DNA of 64,000 nt from Nitrospirota bacterium (GTDB taxonomy: Bacteria > Nitrospirota > Thermodesulfovibrionia > Thermodesulfovibrionales > BMS3Bbin05). This document shows, in pieces, positions 8,942 to 18,607 of the stretch (the first letter of the stretch is position 1; each line of letters opens with the position of its first letter). The notes beneath the pieces were generated by a model that worked only from the letters and a program-made list of their open reading frames with translations, was not told the origin of the DNA and searched no databases. The translations under genes and the position numbers were made by a program. The DNA lies in contig CP070669.1 of NCBI GenBank assembly GCA_020351835.1, forward strand, positions 1,736,827 through 1,800,826. Direction: 5' to 3'.

Positions 8942-10683
8942 CCTGTTTCAGCTACATTTTCGTCGCTAAGGTCAATATTACCGTCTATCGCTCTCAGACC
9001 TTCTATTGCTTTCTCATTAAAAGGGGAAATATCGAGAGCCTTCCTGAAAGAGCTTTTAGCCCTTTGTTTGAACCCAAGTTTATAGAAAGTAAAACCCAGT
9101 GCAGTATGATAGTTTGTCATGTCGGGATCAAGCCTGACCGCCTCCTTTAGCTCTTTAGATGCTTCCTTGTAGAATGACAGCCTGTTAAGAGCAAGCCCTC
9201 TGTAATAATGATATTTTGCGTTGAACCCGGCGATCGATATAGCTTCAGCAAAAAGCTGCTCTGCCTCTATATAAGAATGGTGCAGCATTTTTGACCGACC
9301 TTCTTCGAACTTCTTTTCAGCTTCCTGTTCAACGGTCAGATCGCCTTCTGCAATGTTCTCATCGGGCTCGGTCTGAAGCGATTCATCATATTCTTCCCGC
9401 TCCTCCAGGTCAGACAACGCGTTATAGGCTTCAGTTATAATGCCTAGTATTTCGTTCAACTTTCTCTTGGTATCCTCCGATGATATGGCGAAATGCCTGT
9501 CAGGGTGGAACTCCTTGGCAAGACTAAAATATGCCTTCTTTATCTCATCCGTTGTCGCATATGACTTCACACCGAGCACTTTGTAATAATTTGCGGTCTG
9601 GCATATATCATACATATCATCCACCATTTTTACGAACTCCTGATCGATCTCCGCGAGCGGTTCGCTGATGATCTCCTCCGGGGTCACGTACTGCTGGGGC
9701 TGGTCCTTCTTCCTCTCCACTATGATCCGTGCGCTAAGAAAAGCATAGATCGATTTTATTGTCTCAAAATCGTTCATAAGTTCCGGGGTCAGGATATCCC
9801 TTATAGGTGTCTCTCCGTCTATTCTCGAAAGTATCTCCTTCCCTGTATCATCTAGGGCAAGGTCCTGGAACAGGTCCATTGGGTCCTCAGATAGGCACAA
9901 TACTGTATCAAGAGAAGGGAAGTCCTGCAGTATGTACTGAAAATTATTGATCCTTTTAATACTATGATATATAAGGTTTGCAGCGCTCAGGTTCAATGTG
10001 ATAGCCTCATTTGCTGTCAAAGGCCCCTCCTCGAACTCGAAATAACCGCAATCGCTGATCAATATACTGACAATTATTTCCATTACCTGATGCCTTACAG
10101 CTTTAGTTAGATCTGTCGCGTCAAGGTAGCCTAGCTTTATAAGCACAGCACCAAGTCTGTTGCCTGTGCTTTTTAACAGCTCACTTGCCTCAAAATATTG
10201 TTCCAGAGATATCTGCCCTTCTTTAAGCAGGACCTCGCCGAAGCGGTCATCTTCCCTGTTAGAACGGGCAAATACCATATCTCCGCCTTTTATGAATATT
10301 TTTGTTACTCTGGACCCTGATGTAACGACAAGTGTCCCTGTCTTCATGCTTCTCTGCAATCCGAGCAATATGTCAGGGAGCCTGAACTCCTGACAACTAC
10401 CCTTTATGGCACCTACCCGCCTGAACCCTACTATCAAACCCTGAAGTGACGGCTTGCTCCAGATGACCTCCCCCAGGAAGTCGATCTCGTACTCCTCAAT
10501 ATCTACTTGTATAACCTTGCCTTGCGGGAATGAGGGTGCGCGGTCCAGTATATGAAGGCACAGTCCATCGGCAGAATAGTCGATCGTTTTGCACCTGTAT
10601 CTTTCCGCATCGATCTTAAGCAAAAACTCCGTCTCTCTCTTATATCGTCTGAATATTCTCTTTTCGTCACTTCTTTCGATCAA
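8938..10683 (-). CDS. PilZ / PATAN(DUF4388) / J-domain / TPR multidomain protein
   Basis: The PilZ motifs are RRYKR (RxxxR) and DYSADG (DxSxxG). A DUF4388-like block is present (MKTGTLVVTSG..IFIKGGDMVFARS..RFGEVLLKEG). The J domain is YYKVLGV...AKEFHPDR, which includes HPD. The C-terminus carries TPR-like repeats. Confidence 0.75.
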   Translation of the reverse strand: MIERSDEKRIFRRYKRETEFLLKIDAERYRCKTIDYSADGLCLHILDRAPSFPQGKVIQVDIEEYEIDFLGEVIWSKPSLQGLIVGFRRVGAIKGSCQEFRLPDILLGLQRSMKTGTLVVTSGSRVTKIFIKGGDMVFARSNREDDRFGEVLLKEGQISLEQYFEASELLKSTGNRLGAVLIKLGYLDATDLTKAVRHQVMEIIVSILISDCGYFEFEEGPLTANEAITLNLSAANLIYHSIKRINNFQYILQDFPSLDTVLCLSEDPMDLFQDLALDDTGKEILSRIDGETPIRDILTPELMNDFETIKSIYAFLSARIIVERKKDQPQQYVTPEEIISEPLAEIDQEFVKMVDDMYDICQTANYYKVLGVKSYATTDEIKKAYFSLAKEFHPDRHFAISSEDTKRKLNEILGIITEAYNALSDLEEREEYDESLQTEPDENIAEGDLTVEQEAEKKFEEGRSKMLHHSYIEAEQLFAEAISIAGFNAKYHYYRGLALNRLSFYKEASKELKEAVRLDPDMTNYHTALGFTFYKLGFKQRAKSSFRKALDISPFNEKAIEGLRAIDGNIDLSDENVAETG

Positions 10684-10755
10684 TGAATGTTACCCCCGGA
10701 TCGATATGTCATGTTCTTTGAACAAGAAATGGTCAATTACATATTACACTTTTTT

Positions 10756-11397
10756 TTATTCGTCTTCAAGTCGATCGTCAGCGACCACCATTCCCGGCGT
10801 TACCCTTTCATCAATGAATGATGCCGGATCACTGATACTTCGCAGGAACACCGGCATCAGGAACTTATAAACAATGAAAACCTTATCTTTCATTCCTTTC
10901 CTTTCGCCCTCTGCGATCCTTGACTTATATTCCTCATGTATCCTGCTCTTCACAATCGGCAGTATCTTTACTGACAGCGACATCGTTCTGAACAGTTCTC
11001 TTATCGGCAATCCCACCTTCTCGAGCGGCCTCAAAAGCTCTCCCAAGGCATTAAGCGATTCATCAAGGGGTGATACTATAGTCAGGAACTTTGCTCCGTA
11101 TATCAACAGCAACACTCTCATCGTCCTAATAGAAGCTATACGGATACCTTCCTCTGTAATGATAAATGGCCCCAGGTCGAACATTATCCTCCCGGGATAA
11201 AATAGAACATTGGTAATGAAAGTGATAAAGAGAAAGATGGATATCGGAACGAAGCCAGTCTTAAGCTTTCTGTAGGGGAGCAAGATAGCAAGCGCTATAG
11301 CTAAAGCACAACCGGATGACAGAACAATGAGATCAGATATCCAGAATATAGAAGCCGCAAATACTATATATCCCGCGATACAGATCCTGGGGGCCAA
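10756..11397 (-). CDS. EcfT/CbiQ-like transmembrane component (TTG start)
   Basis: It is a multi-TM protein with the block TIVSPLDESLNALGELLRPLEKVGLPIRELFRTMSLSVKILP, typical of the CbiQ/EcfT family. No ATPase or S component lies adjacent. Confidence 0.6.
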   Translation of the reverse strand: MAPRICIAGYIVFAASIFWISDLIVLSSGCALAIALAILLPYRKLKTGFVPISIFLFITFITNVLFYPGRIMFDLGPFIITEEGIRIASIRTMRVLLLIYGAKFLTIVSPLDESLNALGELLRPLEKVGLPIRELFRTMSLSVKILPIVKSRIHEEYKSRIAEGERKGMKDKVFIVYKFLMPVFLRSISDPASFIDERVTPGMVVADDRLEDE

Positions 11398-11401
11398 GCT
11401 A

Positions 11402-12553
11402 TTACCTGCTGGCCAGTTTGGGCATGTCGGGGAGAGTTGAGAGGAATGAATTGATCCCCTTAGCTATGGATAAGGCCAGGTCCTTTCTGTATGAAGTCCT
11501 TCTCATCATAAGTTCTTCTTTTGGATTGGATATATAACCTATCTCAAGAAGTGCCGACGGCATATCCGTAAATAAGACGTAAAAACGTGCGTACTTAATA
11601 TCAAGATCAACAATCCTGCTTTTATATTTTACTTTCAGGTTCTTGATCATCGAACTTTGAATGTATCTTGCCAGTCTTCCTGAAGTATCCCGCTTAAGCG
11701 AGGTATCCAGGTCGGCCAGTATCTGGTCCTTGACCGATTCATATTTCTTCTGCTCTTCCAGTGAGATCGCGTTCTCTCTCGCCGCTACCTTCTGGTATTC
11801 CAGGTTATTCGTATGGTTAAGGAACCATGTCTCTATTCCACGTAATCCTCTCTTTCTGCTTGCATTTGCGTGAATCGATATAAATACATCAGCCTTGATG
11901 GAATTTGCATAAGAGGCCCTTCTACGAAGCTCGACGAACTTATCGGACTCGCGGGTCATATATACCTTTACAGCATACTTGCTCTCTAGAATCTCCTTTA
12001 CACGCTTTGAGACATCAAGCACAACATCCTTTTCCTTAAGACCTCTTCTTCCTATAGCACCGGGGTCCTTCCCGCCGTGCCCAGCATCAATAACCACTAT
12101 CTTCTTTCTGGGAATGAACTCATCTACCTTCACACCATGGTTGATGTCAATGACTATACGGTCAGGGCTCTGGAGTGTATAGATGTTATAATCGTCATAC
12201 GATCCAAGGCTCAGAACTACCCGAGTGGTCTTTTGATCGAACTCGGAGACCTGAACAGTCTTTACACTATTGTCATTTATTTCTAATGTCTCTTTATGGA
12301 ATGTCCCCGGATCAGTATCCTGGATATCAAAATACAGCCTGTCGGGAAACTTCAAGAGGTTCGGCTCATATGATGCCTTCTTATCAAGTTCAACTACTAC
12401 CCTCGTATATTTTTCATTGGTACTATACCTGATATCCGTGACGGTACTTTTATTTGATGACGAAAAAACAAGCGAAGAGGTCATCGAGAACGCAATGATC
12501 AGTAACAGCACCTTCAATGCCTTTCTCCAAAATATCACTCCGTATCCCTTCAT
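11402..12553 (-). CDS. N-acetylmuramoyl-L-alanine amidase with an AMIN domain
   Basis: An AMIN-like N-terminal domain is present (TDIRYSTNEKYTRVVVELDK...). An Amidase_3 core follows (VVIDAGHGGKDPGA...FISIHANA...ALLEIGYISN). Confidence 0.85.
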   Translation of the reverse strand: MKGYGVIFWRKALKVLLLIIAFSMTSSLVFSSSNKSTVTDIRYSTNEKYTRVVVELDKKASYEPNLLKFPDRLYFDIQDTDPGTFHKETLEINDNSVKTVQVSEFDQKTTRVVLSLGSYDDYNIYTLQSPDRIVIDINHGVKVDEFIPRKKIVVIDAGHGGKDPGAIGRRGLKEKDVVLDVSKRVKEILESKYAVKVYMTRESDKFVELRRRASYANSIKADVFISIHANASRKRGLRGIETWFLNHTNNLEYQKVAARENAISLEEQKKYESVKDQILADLDTSLKRDTSGRLARYIQSSMIKNLKVKYKSRIVDLDIKYARFYVLFTDMPSALLEIGYISNPKEELMMRRTSYRKDLALSIAKGINSFLSTLPDMPKLASR

Positions 12554-12554
12554 A

Positions 12555-12773
12555 TCAAACCGCCAGTACCTGGTCTACCTCTGGGACTTCCTGCTTCAGG
12601 GTCTTCTCAACCCAGTTCTTCATCGTAAGGGTAGACATTGGGCAGGTACTGCATGCTCCCATTAGCTTCACATAAACTGTCGATCCCTTTATATCCACGA
12701 GTTCAATATCTCCGCCCTCTCTCTTAAGACCTTCTCTTATCCTTTCAAGGGCATTTATCACTTTATCCTTCAT
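12555..12773 (-). CDS. NifU C-terminal-like Fe-S scaffold domain protein
   Basis: It is 72 aa with the block GGDIELVDIKGSTVYVKLMGACSTCPMSTLTMK (CxxC). Confidence 0.8.
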   Translation of the reverse strand: MKDKVINALERIREGLKREGGDIELVDIKGSTVYVKLMGACSTCPMSTLTMKNWVEKTLKQEVPEVDQVLAV

Positions 12774-12851
12774 TGCGTGCTCCTTCTTTTAATAATATTA
12801 TAATTATCGCTATAAATCAAGATAAAATTGGTATTTTCTTAAAGTAATTTA

Positions 12852-14054
12852 TTAAGAAGCGCTAATTTTTACAGGAATAAGTGAAAAAAAGCCGAGTACG
12901 AATAGCGCCCCTACAGACAAGACAGCGGGTCTTTGACTATGAAAAAAAGCCGACATCAGCCCGAACACCAGCGGGCCGATTATTGCCGAAGCCTTTCCTA
13001 CCGTAGCATAACTACCGAAGAACTCTGCTTCGCGGTTCTTTGGAACGAACATTGTGAACAGTGCTCGCGAGGCCGACTGGATAGATCCAAGTACGGAACC
13101 CGCAAGTGCAGCTACAATAAAGAACGCATCTTTCGATTCGACAATATAAGAGCATATCACAACAGATATCCACACCAGGATAGAGAACTGTACGATCCTC
13201 TTCGCCCCCAGTCTGTCAGTAACAAAAGAGGCCGCCATAGATCCGATAAAAGCAAATCCCTGAACTACTATGAAAAGTATCACAGCCTCTGCCCGTGAGA
13301 AGCCAAGGGTTGTTACAGCAAATATGCTTGCGAACACTATCACTGTATTTACACCGTCCGAATACAGGAAATACGATAGAAGAAAAAGCCTTGATTGCTT
13401 TAATTTGAGCAGACTGCGGATAGAACCTATAGTCTGGATCAGGCCATCCTTTGCAGAACCGATAATACTTTTGTCTCCTTTATCAGACGGCATCATAAAA
13501 AAGATCGGCATACTGAATATTAAAAAAAGAACGGACACTTCTATCCAGATGGCATTCATACTCCCAATATTGATAAAGTAGAGGGCGATCAATAGCGATA
13601 TTATCGATCCCACGTACCCTACAGCAAAGCCGATAGCCGATATCCTTCCTACATTGTGTTTATCCGATATTTGCGGGAGATATGAGTTGTAGAATACGAA
13701 ACCGCCCTCAACTCCGGTGTTAGCCAGCACAATGAGGATAAAGCCGGTTATCACCATTCCGGGCCTTAATGTAACGAACGATGTTACAAGAACTATAGCG
13801 GACAGCGTAAATAATATCAGGAACCTTTTTCTCTTCCCACTTGCATCGGCTATACCACCAATGAACGGTGAAGAAATTGATACAAGGAGCATACTGAGAG
13901 ATATTGCCCTTCCCCACCAGATATCACCCATGCCATCGGCATTACCGACTATAATATTTGCATAGTATACGGGGAATATTACTGCAGCAATGACGGCCGA
14001 ATAGGAGGAATTTGCGAAATCATAAAGTGCCCAGGCAAAGACCTTTCTATCCAT
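12852..14054 (-). CDS. MFS transporter (UMF1/Atg22-like)
   Basis: The N-terminus reads WALYDFANSSYSAVI. It has about 12 hydrophobic segments and is 400 aa long. Confidence 0.78.
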   Translation of the reverse strand: MDRKVFAWALYDFANSSYSAVIAAVIFPVYYANIIVGNADGMGDIWWGRAISLSMLLVSISSPFIGGIADASGKRKRFLILFTLSAIVLVTSFVTLRPGMVITGFILIVLANTGVEGGFVFYNSYLPQISDKHNVGRISAIGFAVGYVGSIISLLIALYFINIGSMNAIWIEVSVLFLIFSMPIFFMMPSDKGDKSIIGSAKDGLIQTIGSIRSLLKLKQSRLFLLSYFLYSDGVNTVIVFASIFAVTTLGFSRAEAVILFIVVQGFAFIGSMAASFVTDRLGAKRIVQFSILVWISVVICSYIVESKDAFFIVAALAGSVLGSIQSASRALFTMFVPKNREAEFFGSYATVGKASAIIGPLVFGLMSAFFHSQRPAVLSVGALFVLGFFSLIPVKISAS

Positions 14055-14111
14055 GAAATACCGTATCTATCAAGAGGCCACTTTGATGATAGCTTATCAA
14101 CACTTCTGCCT

Positions 14112-15509
14112 TTAAAGGAGATACTCGGCCAGGTTTATCTTGTATTTATTAGGATCCAGGGTCTTATATATGCTTCTTTTATATTTTCCATCATCCGTCT
14201 TATCGGTAAGGTCAACAACGTAACCATCAACCTTCTTCCCCTGACTGTTAACTATCACAAGCACTCTTGGCCTGTCATTGAAAAGAGGATTTGTCTCATG
14301 GACCAGCCCCATCTCTTTGCTATTCAAGAAAACTAGCGTCCCTATCGGGAATACGCCTACCATATTAACGAACACCTTCAGTAGAATCGGGTCTATCATG
14401 CTTCCAGCCCTGTCAACCATTACGCTAAGCGCTTTGTCGGGTCTAAGCGGGACCCTCGAATATACCCTGGAAGAGGTCATCGCATCATACTGATCGGCGA
14501 TGGTAACTATCCTTGAGAAGAAATCAAGTTCTTTCGTATACCTGACTATAGGATATCCTTTCAGGTCAAAATTCAGATGATGTTCAAAAGCTACGATCGC
14601 CGTTTTTATAGTGGTACTGTCGAGCCCCTTCAACTTAATGGCTGCCTGGGCCCCCCAGTATGGATGCTTCTTGACCACATCCCACTCTTGATCCGTAAAG
14701 CTCGATGGTTTGTTCAGGATTTCAGGGGGTATGTCCATCTTTCCCAGGTCATGGAACAGAGCCACCATTCCAAGTTCTGTCACCTGTTTCTTACTAAGTC
14801 CCAGTTTATGCCCAAGTGCAACCGCCAGGATACTGACATTGACCGAATGATGATATGTATAGTCATCATATTCCTTAATAGCCGTCATGCCGAGCACCAG
14901 CGATTCCTCCTCAAGTATCATGTCGACCATGGATTCGACGACCCTTTTAGCCTTCTTAAGCCCTACCTTCTCACCCGATTTGATCTTCGATATTACTCCT
15001 TTGCTGAACGAAACAGCATTGAAATAGGTCTTCTTAACTACCTTTCTCGGATCACTATCTCCTTCCTCTTTGATATGCTTCAGCCGTCCAAGTATCATCT
15101 GCGGTGTTTCTTTCATCATATCGGCCATCGCTATAAGTTTATCCTGTGCGTTCTGGCAACCCAGGAAGGCCTTGATGAACCTCTGCATGTCAACCGGACC
15201 TATGACATTCTTGAACTCAATGTTGCCTAGTTCTCTTTCCTTGAACTCCTTCATTAGATAGTCGAAATTAAGCAGGAACTCAACGGAATATCTGACCCTT
15301 GTATCATTTACATAGAAGAATTCACCAACAACCTCTATCGATACAACTGCCTCTGACTCGATAAATGGATTTATCAAGGCTACGAACTTCTCAATAGCGC
15401 TAAGCACAGCGACGTTAGATGGCGAGTGGAACTGGGCCGACCTCAGTACGACCGCCAGCTGGTTTATGATGTTCTTTGCCTCTTTATTTAGTTCTTTCTG
15501 GAACTCCAT
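14112..15509 (-). CDS. HD-GYP c-di-GMP phosphodiesterase with an N-terminal sensor-like domain
   Basis: The motifs HHSVNV, FHDLGK and HHLNFDLKGYP are present. Its start overlaps the upstream HEAT-repeat gene by 26 nt. Confidence 0.85.
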   Translation of the reverse strand: MEFQKELNKEAKNIINQLAVVLRSAQFHSPSNVAVLSAIEKFVALINPFIESEAVVSIEVVGEFFYVNDTRVRYSVEFLLNFDYLMKEFKERELGNIEFKNVIGPVDMQRFIKAFLGCQNAQDKLIAMADMMKETPQMILGRLKHIKEEGDSDPRKVVKKTYFNAVSFSKGVISKIKSGEKVGLKKAKRVVESMVDMILEEESLVLGMTAIKEYDDYTYHHSVNVSILAVALGHKLGLSKKQVTELGMVALFHDLGKMDIPPEILNKPSSFTDQEWDVVKKHPYWGAQAAIKLKGLDSTTIKTAIVAFEHHLNFDLKGYPIVRYTKELDFFSRIVTIADQYDAMTSSRVYSRVPLRPDKALSVMVDRAGSMIDPILLKVFVNMVGVFPIGTLVFLNSKEMGLVHETNPLFNDRPRVLVIVNSQGKKVDGYVVDLTDKTDDGKYKRSIYKTLDPNKYKINLAEYLL

Positions 15510-17139
15510 GCTCCAACCTCATGACCGCCATTCGCACATTGTCACGAATAAGGGCATTCTTTTCGTTCTTGAATTTAGCAAGTATATCAATGACGTCTTT
15601 CTGGCCTGTGAGCCCGAGAGCATAAGCCGAACAGGCACGGACCTCATTTAATTTGCCTCTGCCAAAAAATGGCTTCTTTCTAAGTATCTTAATGAAATAG
15701 TTGATCATATCCCTGTCTTTCCATGATGCTGCAGCCTCAAAGAACTCCTTTTTCTCACTCAGGTCCTTGCCCTTAAAGGCCTTGGACATTATCTCGTCCT
15801 GGAGCACCCTTTTTGCCAACGGAGAAGCCGTTGCTGCAAGCGCTTTTGCCGTCAGTCCCCTGACAGCAGGATCTGAGTCGAGCAAGAAACTCCTAAGGCC
15901 ATTTACGACCTCGGCACCTCCAAGGTAGCCAAGGGCCTTTATCACTTCTTTTCTGACCCTTATATCGGTATGCCTCAATTTCTTCTTCAGAAACTCGACC
16001 GCTCTTTTATCCTTTATACTTTTTAATACCAGTATGATGTTCCTTACCACGAACCACCTTTTATCGTTAAGCCCCTTTGCTACCGCGACAAGGTCTCTCT
16101 TGCCCAGGATTATCAATGAATTTATCATTATCTTTCTTGCATGGATCGTTTCAAGCTCACCGAGGGTCTTTATCAGGGCAGGAATAGCCGAAATATCCAT
16201 TAGCGGGAACAGCTCATTAGAGATCTCCTCATCATCCTCGGTCCTGCTATCCAGGAGTTCACCGAGCAATGTTATTACCCTGTCAGAATTTATGTAGGAC
16301 ATAACCAGCTTAAGAAGTGATTTCATCTTTTGTTCGGTCATTTCTGCCGTCATGATCAACCTGGTCCTTTTCAGGATATTGACCGCAAGGTCTATATGAT
16401 TGTTCTGAAGAGCGAAATCAATAGCACTCCTGAAGAATGATACCAGGTCCTGGAGCTCACCCTTCTTTTCTGAAAGATGGAGCATCTCGAAAAGAAGGTC
16501 TGTAAGCTTATCTATATAGTATCCGGTATCCCTGTCGAGCTCAGTCTGGAGCTTCTTTATGTCATCCTCATTGAGGGGAACTACAGGAACAACGCTAGCA
16601 TCCTCCGCACCTGACATCTCGTTATATGCTTTAAGCAGGTCATCCTCGTCGGCCGAGTTATCCTTTGCCTGCTGTACCGCCTTTTCCTCATAGTCTTCCT
16701 CATCAGAAAGAAAGGTCTCATCTACTATATATGATATATACTGGAAATCCCTCTCCCACATTAGAGTTACAACATCATCATCATCTTCTTCAGAATCAAG
16801 GTCCTGCATGATTATCTTCAGGAAGTCCTCTAGTTCTACCTTATCAAGGCCCCTCTTGAACGTGATCTCTCTGATCCCATCCTTAAAGAAGAAAAGGGCC
16901 AGGTTATCCTCTTTGTCCGGTTTGTAATAGACCTGCTCACCGTCATAAAGGATCTCGAGCTGTTTTACCTTAAAAACTATATCATCCGTATAGTCAAGAA
17001 GGTCCTCGAAGGTCTTATGGGCAGCTTCTATTGTCTTTATATAGATGGGATTGTTCTCAGGATACATCCTGAGATTTTTTTTGGACTTGATCAAAGTCTG
17101 CAATACTTCTTTAGCTATTTGTATCGAATCGGCTTCCAT
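15484..17139 (-). CDS. HEAT-repeat protein with an acidic central region
   Basis: The C-terminal half has repeated HEAT/PBS-lyase-like units (VRKEVIKALGYLGG, DPAVRGLTAKALA, LIRDNVRMAVMRL). Confidence 0.7.
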   Translation of the reverse strand: MEADSIQIAKEVLQTLIKSKKNLRMYPENNPIYIKTIEAAHKTFEDLLDYTDDIVFKVKQLEILYDGEQVYYKPDKEDNLALFFFKDGIREITFKRGLDKVELEDFLKIIMQDLDSEEDDDDVVTLMWERDFQYISYIVDETFLSDEEDYEEKAVQQAKDNSADEDDLLKAYNEMSGAEDASVVPVVPLNEDDIKKLQTELDRDTGYYIDKLTDLLFEMLHLSEKKGELQDLVSFFRSAIDFALQNNHIDLAVNILKRTRLIMTAEMTEQKMKSLLKLVMSYINSDRVITLLGELLDSRTEDDEEISNELFPLMDISAIPALIKTLGELETIHARKIMINSLIILGKRDLVAVAKGLNDKRWFVVRNIILVLKSIKDKRAVEFLKKKLRHTDIRVRKEVIKALGYLGGAEVVNGLRSFLLDSDPAVRGLTAKALAATASPLAKRVLQDEIMSKAFKGKDLSEKKEFFEAAASWKDRDMINYFIKILRKKPFFGRGKLNEVRACSAYALGLTGQKDVIDILAKFKNEKNALIRDNVRMAVMRLEHGVPERTK

Positions 17140-17183
17140 AGATTAGAAATTATCACAGGGATAGAATGTTGTCAAACAGTTCA

Positions 17184-17462
17184 TCAGAATAACCTGAGCC
17201 TCCGCTCACGTACATAATTCTTTATTATCATGGTTGCAGAATGGAGCCTTTGAAGTCGCATATTCCTCCACCTGATAGCTTCGACATCACCGTGTTTTAT
17301 CTTCTCACCCCTTATAGATGCCTGGACCTTGATCAGTTCCTCGTAGAGCTCCTTTATGACCGCTGGCTCCAGTGGCTTAAGGAATATCGGGTTGACAGTG
17401 ACATATCCTTCCCCAATATCAAATGCTATGGCCTTATAGCTCTTCCCTCTTATGTTAGCCAT
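17184..17462 (-). CDS. Small hypothetical protein (92 aa)
   Basis: This ORF overlaps the tatC stop by 8 nt and sits in the same transcriptional direction. I recognised no family. Confidence 0.45.
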   Translation of the reverse strand: MANIRGKSYKAIAFDIGEGYVTVNPIFLKPLEPAVIKELYEELIKVQASIRGEKIKHGDVEAIRWRNMRLQRLHSATMIIKNYVRERRLRLF

Positions 17463-18234
17463 CTTCCTTCTCCTTCGGCCTGAAGAGTTTTGATGCCAAT
17501 ATACCTATCTCATATAATACCATTATCGGACCTGCCATAAGCGTCTGGTTGAAAGCATCAGGAGTGGGAGTAAGTATGGCAGCTATCACAAAGGATATGA
17601 GAACAGCGTATTTCCTGTTCTTAGAAAGGGTCCGGGGGGTAACGATCCCCATTCTCGTCAGAAAAACGATCACTATCGGGAGTTCGAACACAAGGCCGAA
17701 CGCAACGATGAACTTGAGACAGAAATCAACATATGCACCAACCGATATCATTGGGGTAAGGGTCCCTACTTTGTAGTTAAGCAGGAACCCCATAGCAAAG
17801 GGCAGCACTATCAAAAAACAGAATGCTGCTCCCATCACGAACAGTGATGAAGCTATCATTATGAAAGGACCGACATACTTCCTTTCCTTAGGCAGAAGAC
17901 CGGGTGAGATGAACTTCCACACCTGGAACAATATTACCGGTAATGACAGGATGAAAGCACTTACAAGAGAGACCTTTATATGCATCCAGAAGGCCTCTGC
18001 AGGTGCAAGAAAGACGAGCGATTCTACATTGCTCTCTACAGGAATGAACCTGATAAAAGGAGCTTCAGCAATAAAGGATATCTTTGACTTTAACGGCAAT
18101 GTCAGAAATTCGAATATATGCTCAGAGAAGCCGAACAACAGCGCGAACCAGATGACCAGTGACAATATTGAGAATATTATTCTTCGCCTCAGCTCAGACA
18201 GATGTTCGGTGACAGGCATTTGCTCTTCAGTCAT
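17455..18234 (-). CDS. tatC: Twin-arginine translocase subunit TatC
   Basis: The sequence MTEEQMPVTEHLSELRRRIIFS is followed by six TM segments. I trimmed the start to the Met just downstream of the tatA stop. Confidence 0.9.
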   Translation of the reverse strand: MTEEQMPVTEHLSELRRRIIFSILSLVIWFALLFGFSEHIFEFLTLPLKSKISFIAEAPFIRFIPVESNVESLVFLAPAEAFWMHIKVSLVSAFILSLPVILFQVWKFISPGLLPKERKYVGPFIMIASSLFVMGAAFCFLIVLPFAMGFLLNYKVGTLTPMISVGAYVDFCLKFIVAFGLVFELPIVIVFLTRMGIVTPRTLSKNRKYAVLISFVIAAILTPTPDAFNQTLMAGPIMVLYEIGILASKLFRPKEKEDG

Positions 18235-18529
18235 TCCTGCCCTCTTCGTCATCCTCTCCCGATTCACCGTTACCTTTCTCAGGCCTTTGCTCACCAGTTG
18301 AAGGGTCCAGTCCTCCCTTCTCTATATAAGATTCCATATCCTTTGTACCCTGCCCGCTTACATCCTTTACCTCTGCATCTATCTGGTCCTTTATGCCAGA
18401 CATAGATCTCTTCAGCTCTCCGAGTGCTTTTCCGAGGGTCCTTCCAAGCTCCGGCAGCCGTTTAGGTCCGAAGACTATCAAAGCGACCACAAAGATGACT
18501 ATAAGTTCCTGCATACCAAGATCGAACAT
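18227..18529 (-). CDS. tatA: Twin-arginine translocase subunit TatA/E family
   Basis: The N-terminus is MFDLGMQELIVIFVVALIVFGPKRLPELGRTLGKAL, followed by an acidic tail. Confidence 0.85.
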   Translation of the reverse strand: MFDLGMQELIVIFVVALIVFGPKRLPELGRTLGKALGELKRSMSGIKDQIDAEVKDVSGQGTKDMESYIEKGGLDPSTGEQRPEKGNGESGEDDEEGRND

Positions 18530-18607
18530 TATTTATCCTTTTCTCCGCACGCGGTCATTTGGGCTCTTCTACCATGTGGGGACATTATTAGTAACCGGCA
18601 GGCCCTG

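Noticed and set aside
10756-11397. An orphan EcfT/CbiQ-like gene without adjacent ATPase or S components, considered as a possible anomaly
   Set aside because: ECF transporter modules are frequently dispersed in genomes, so this is not informative on its own.
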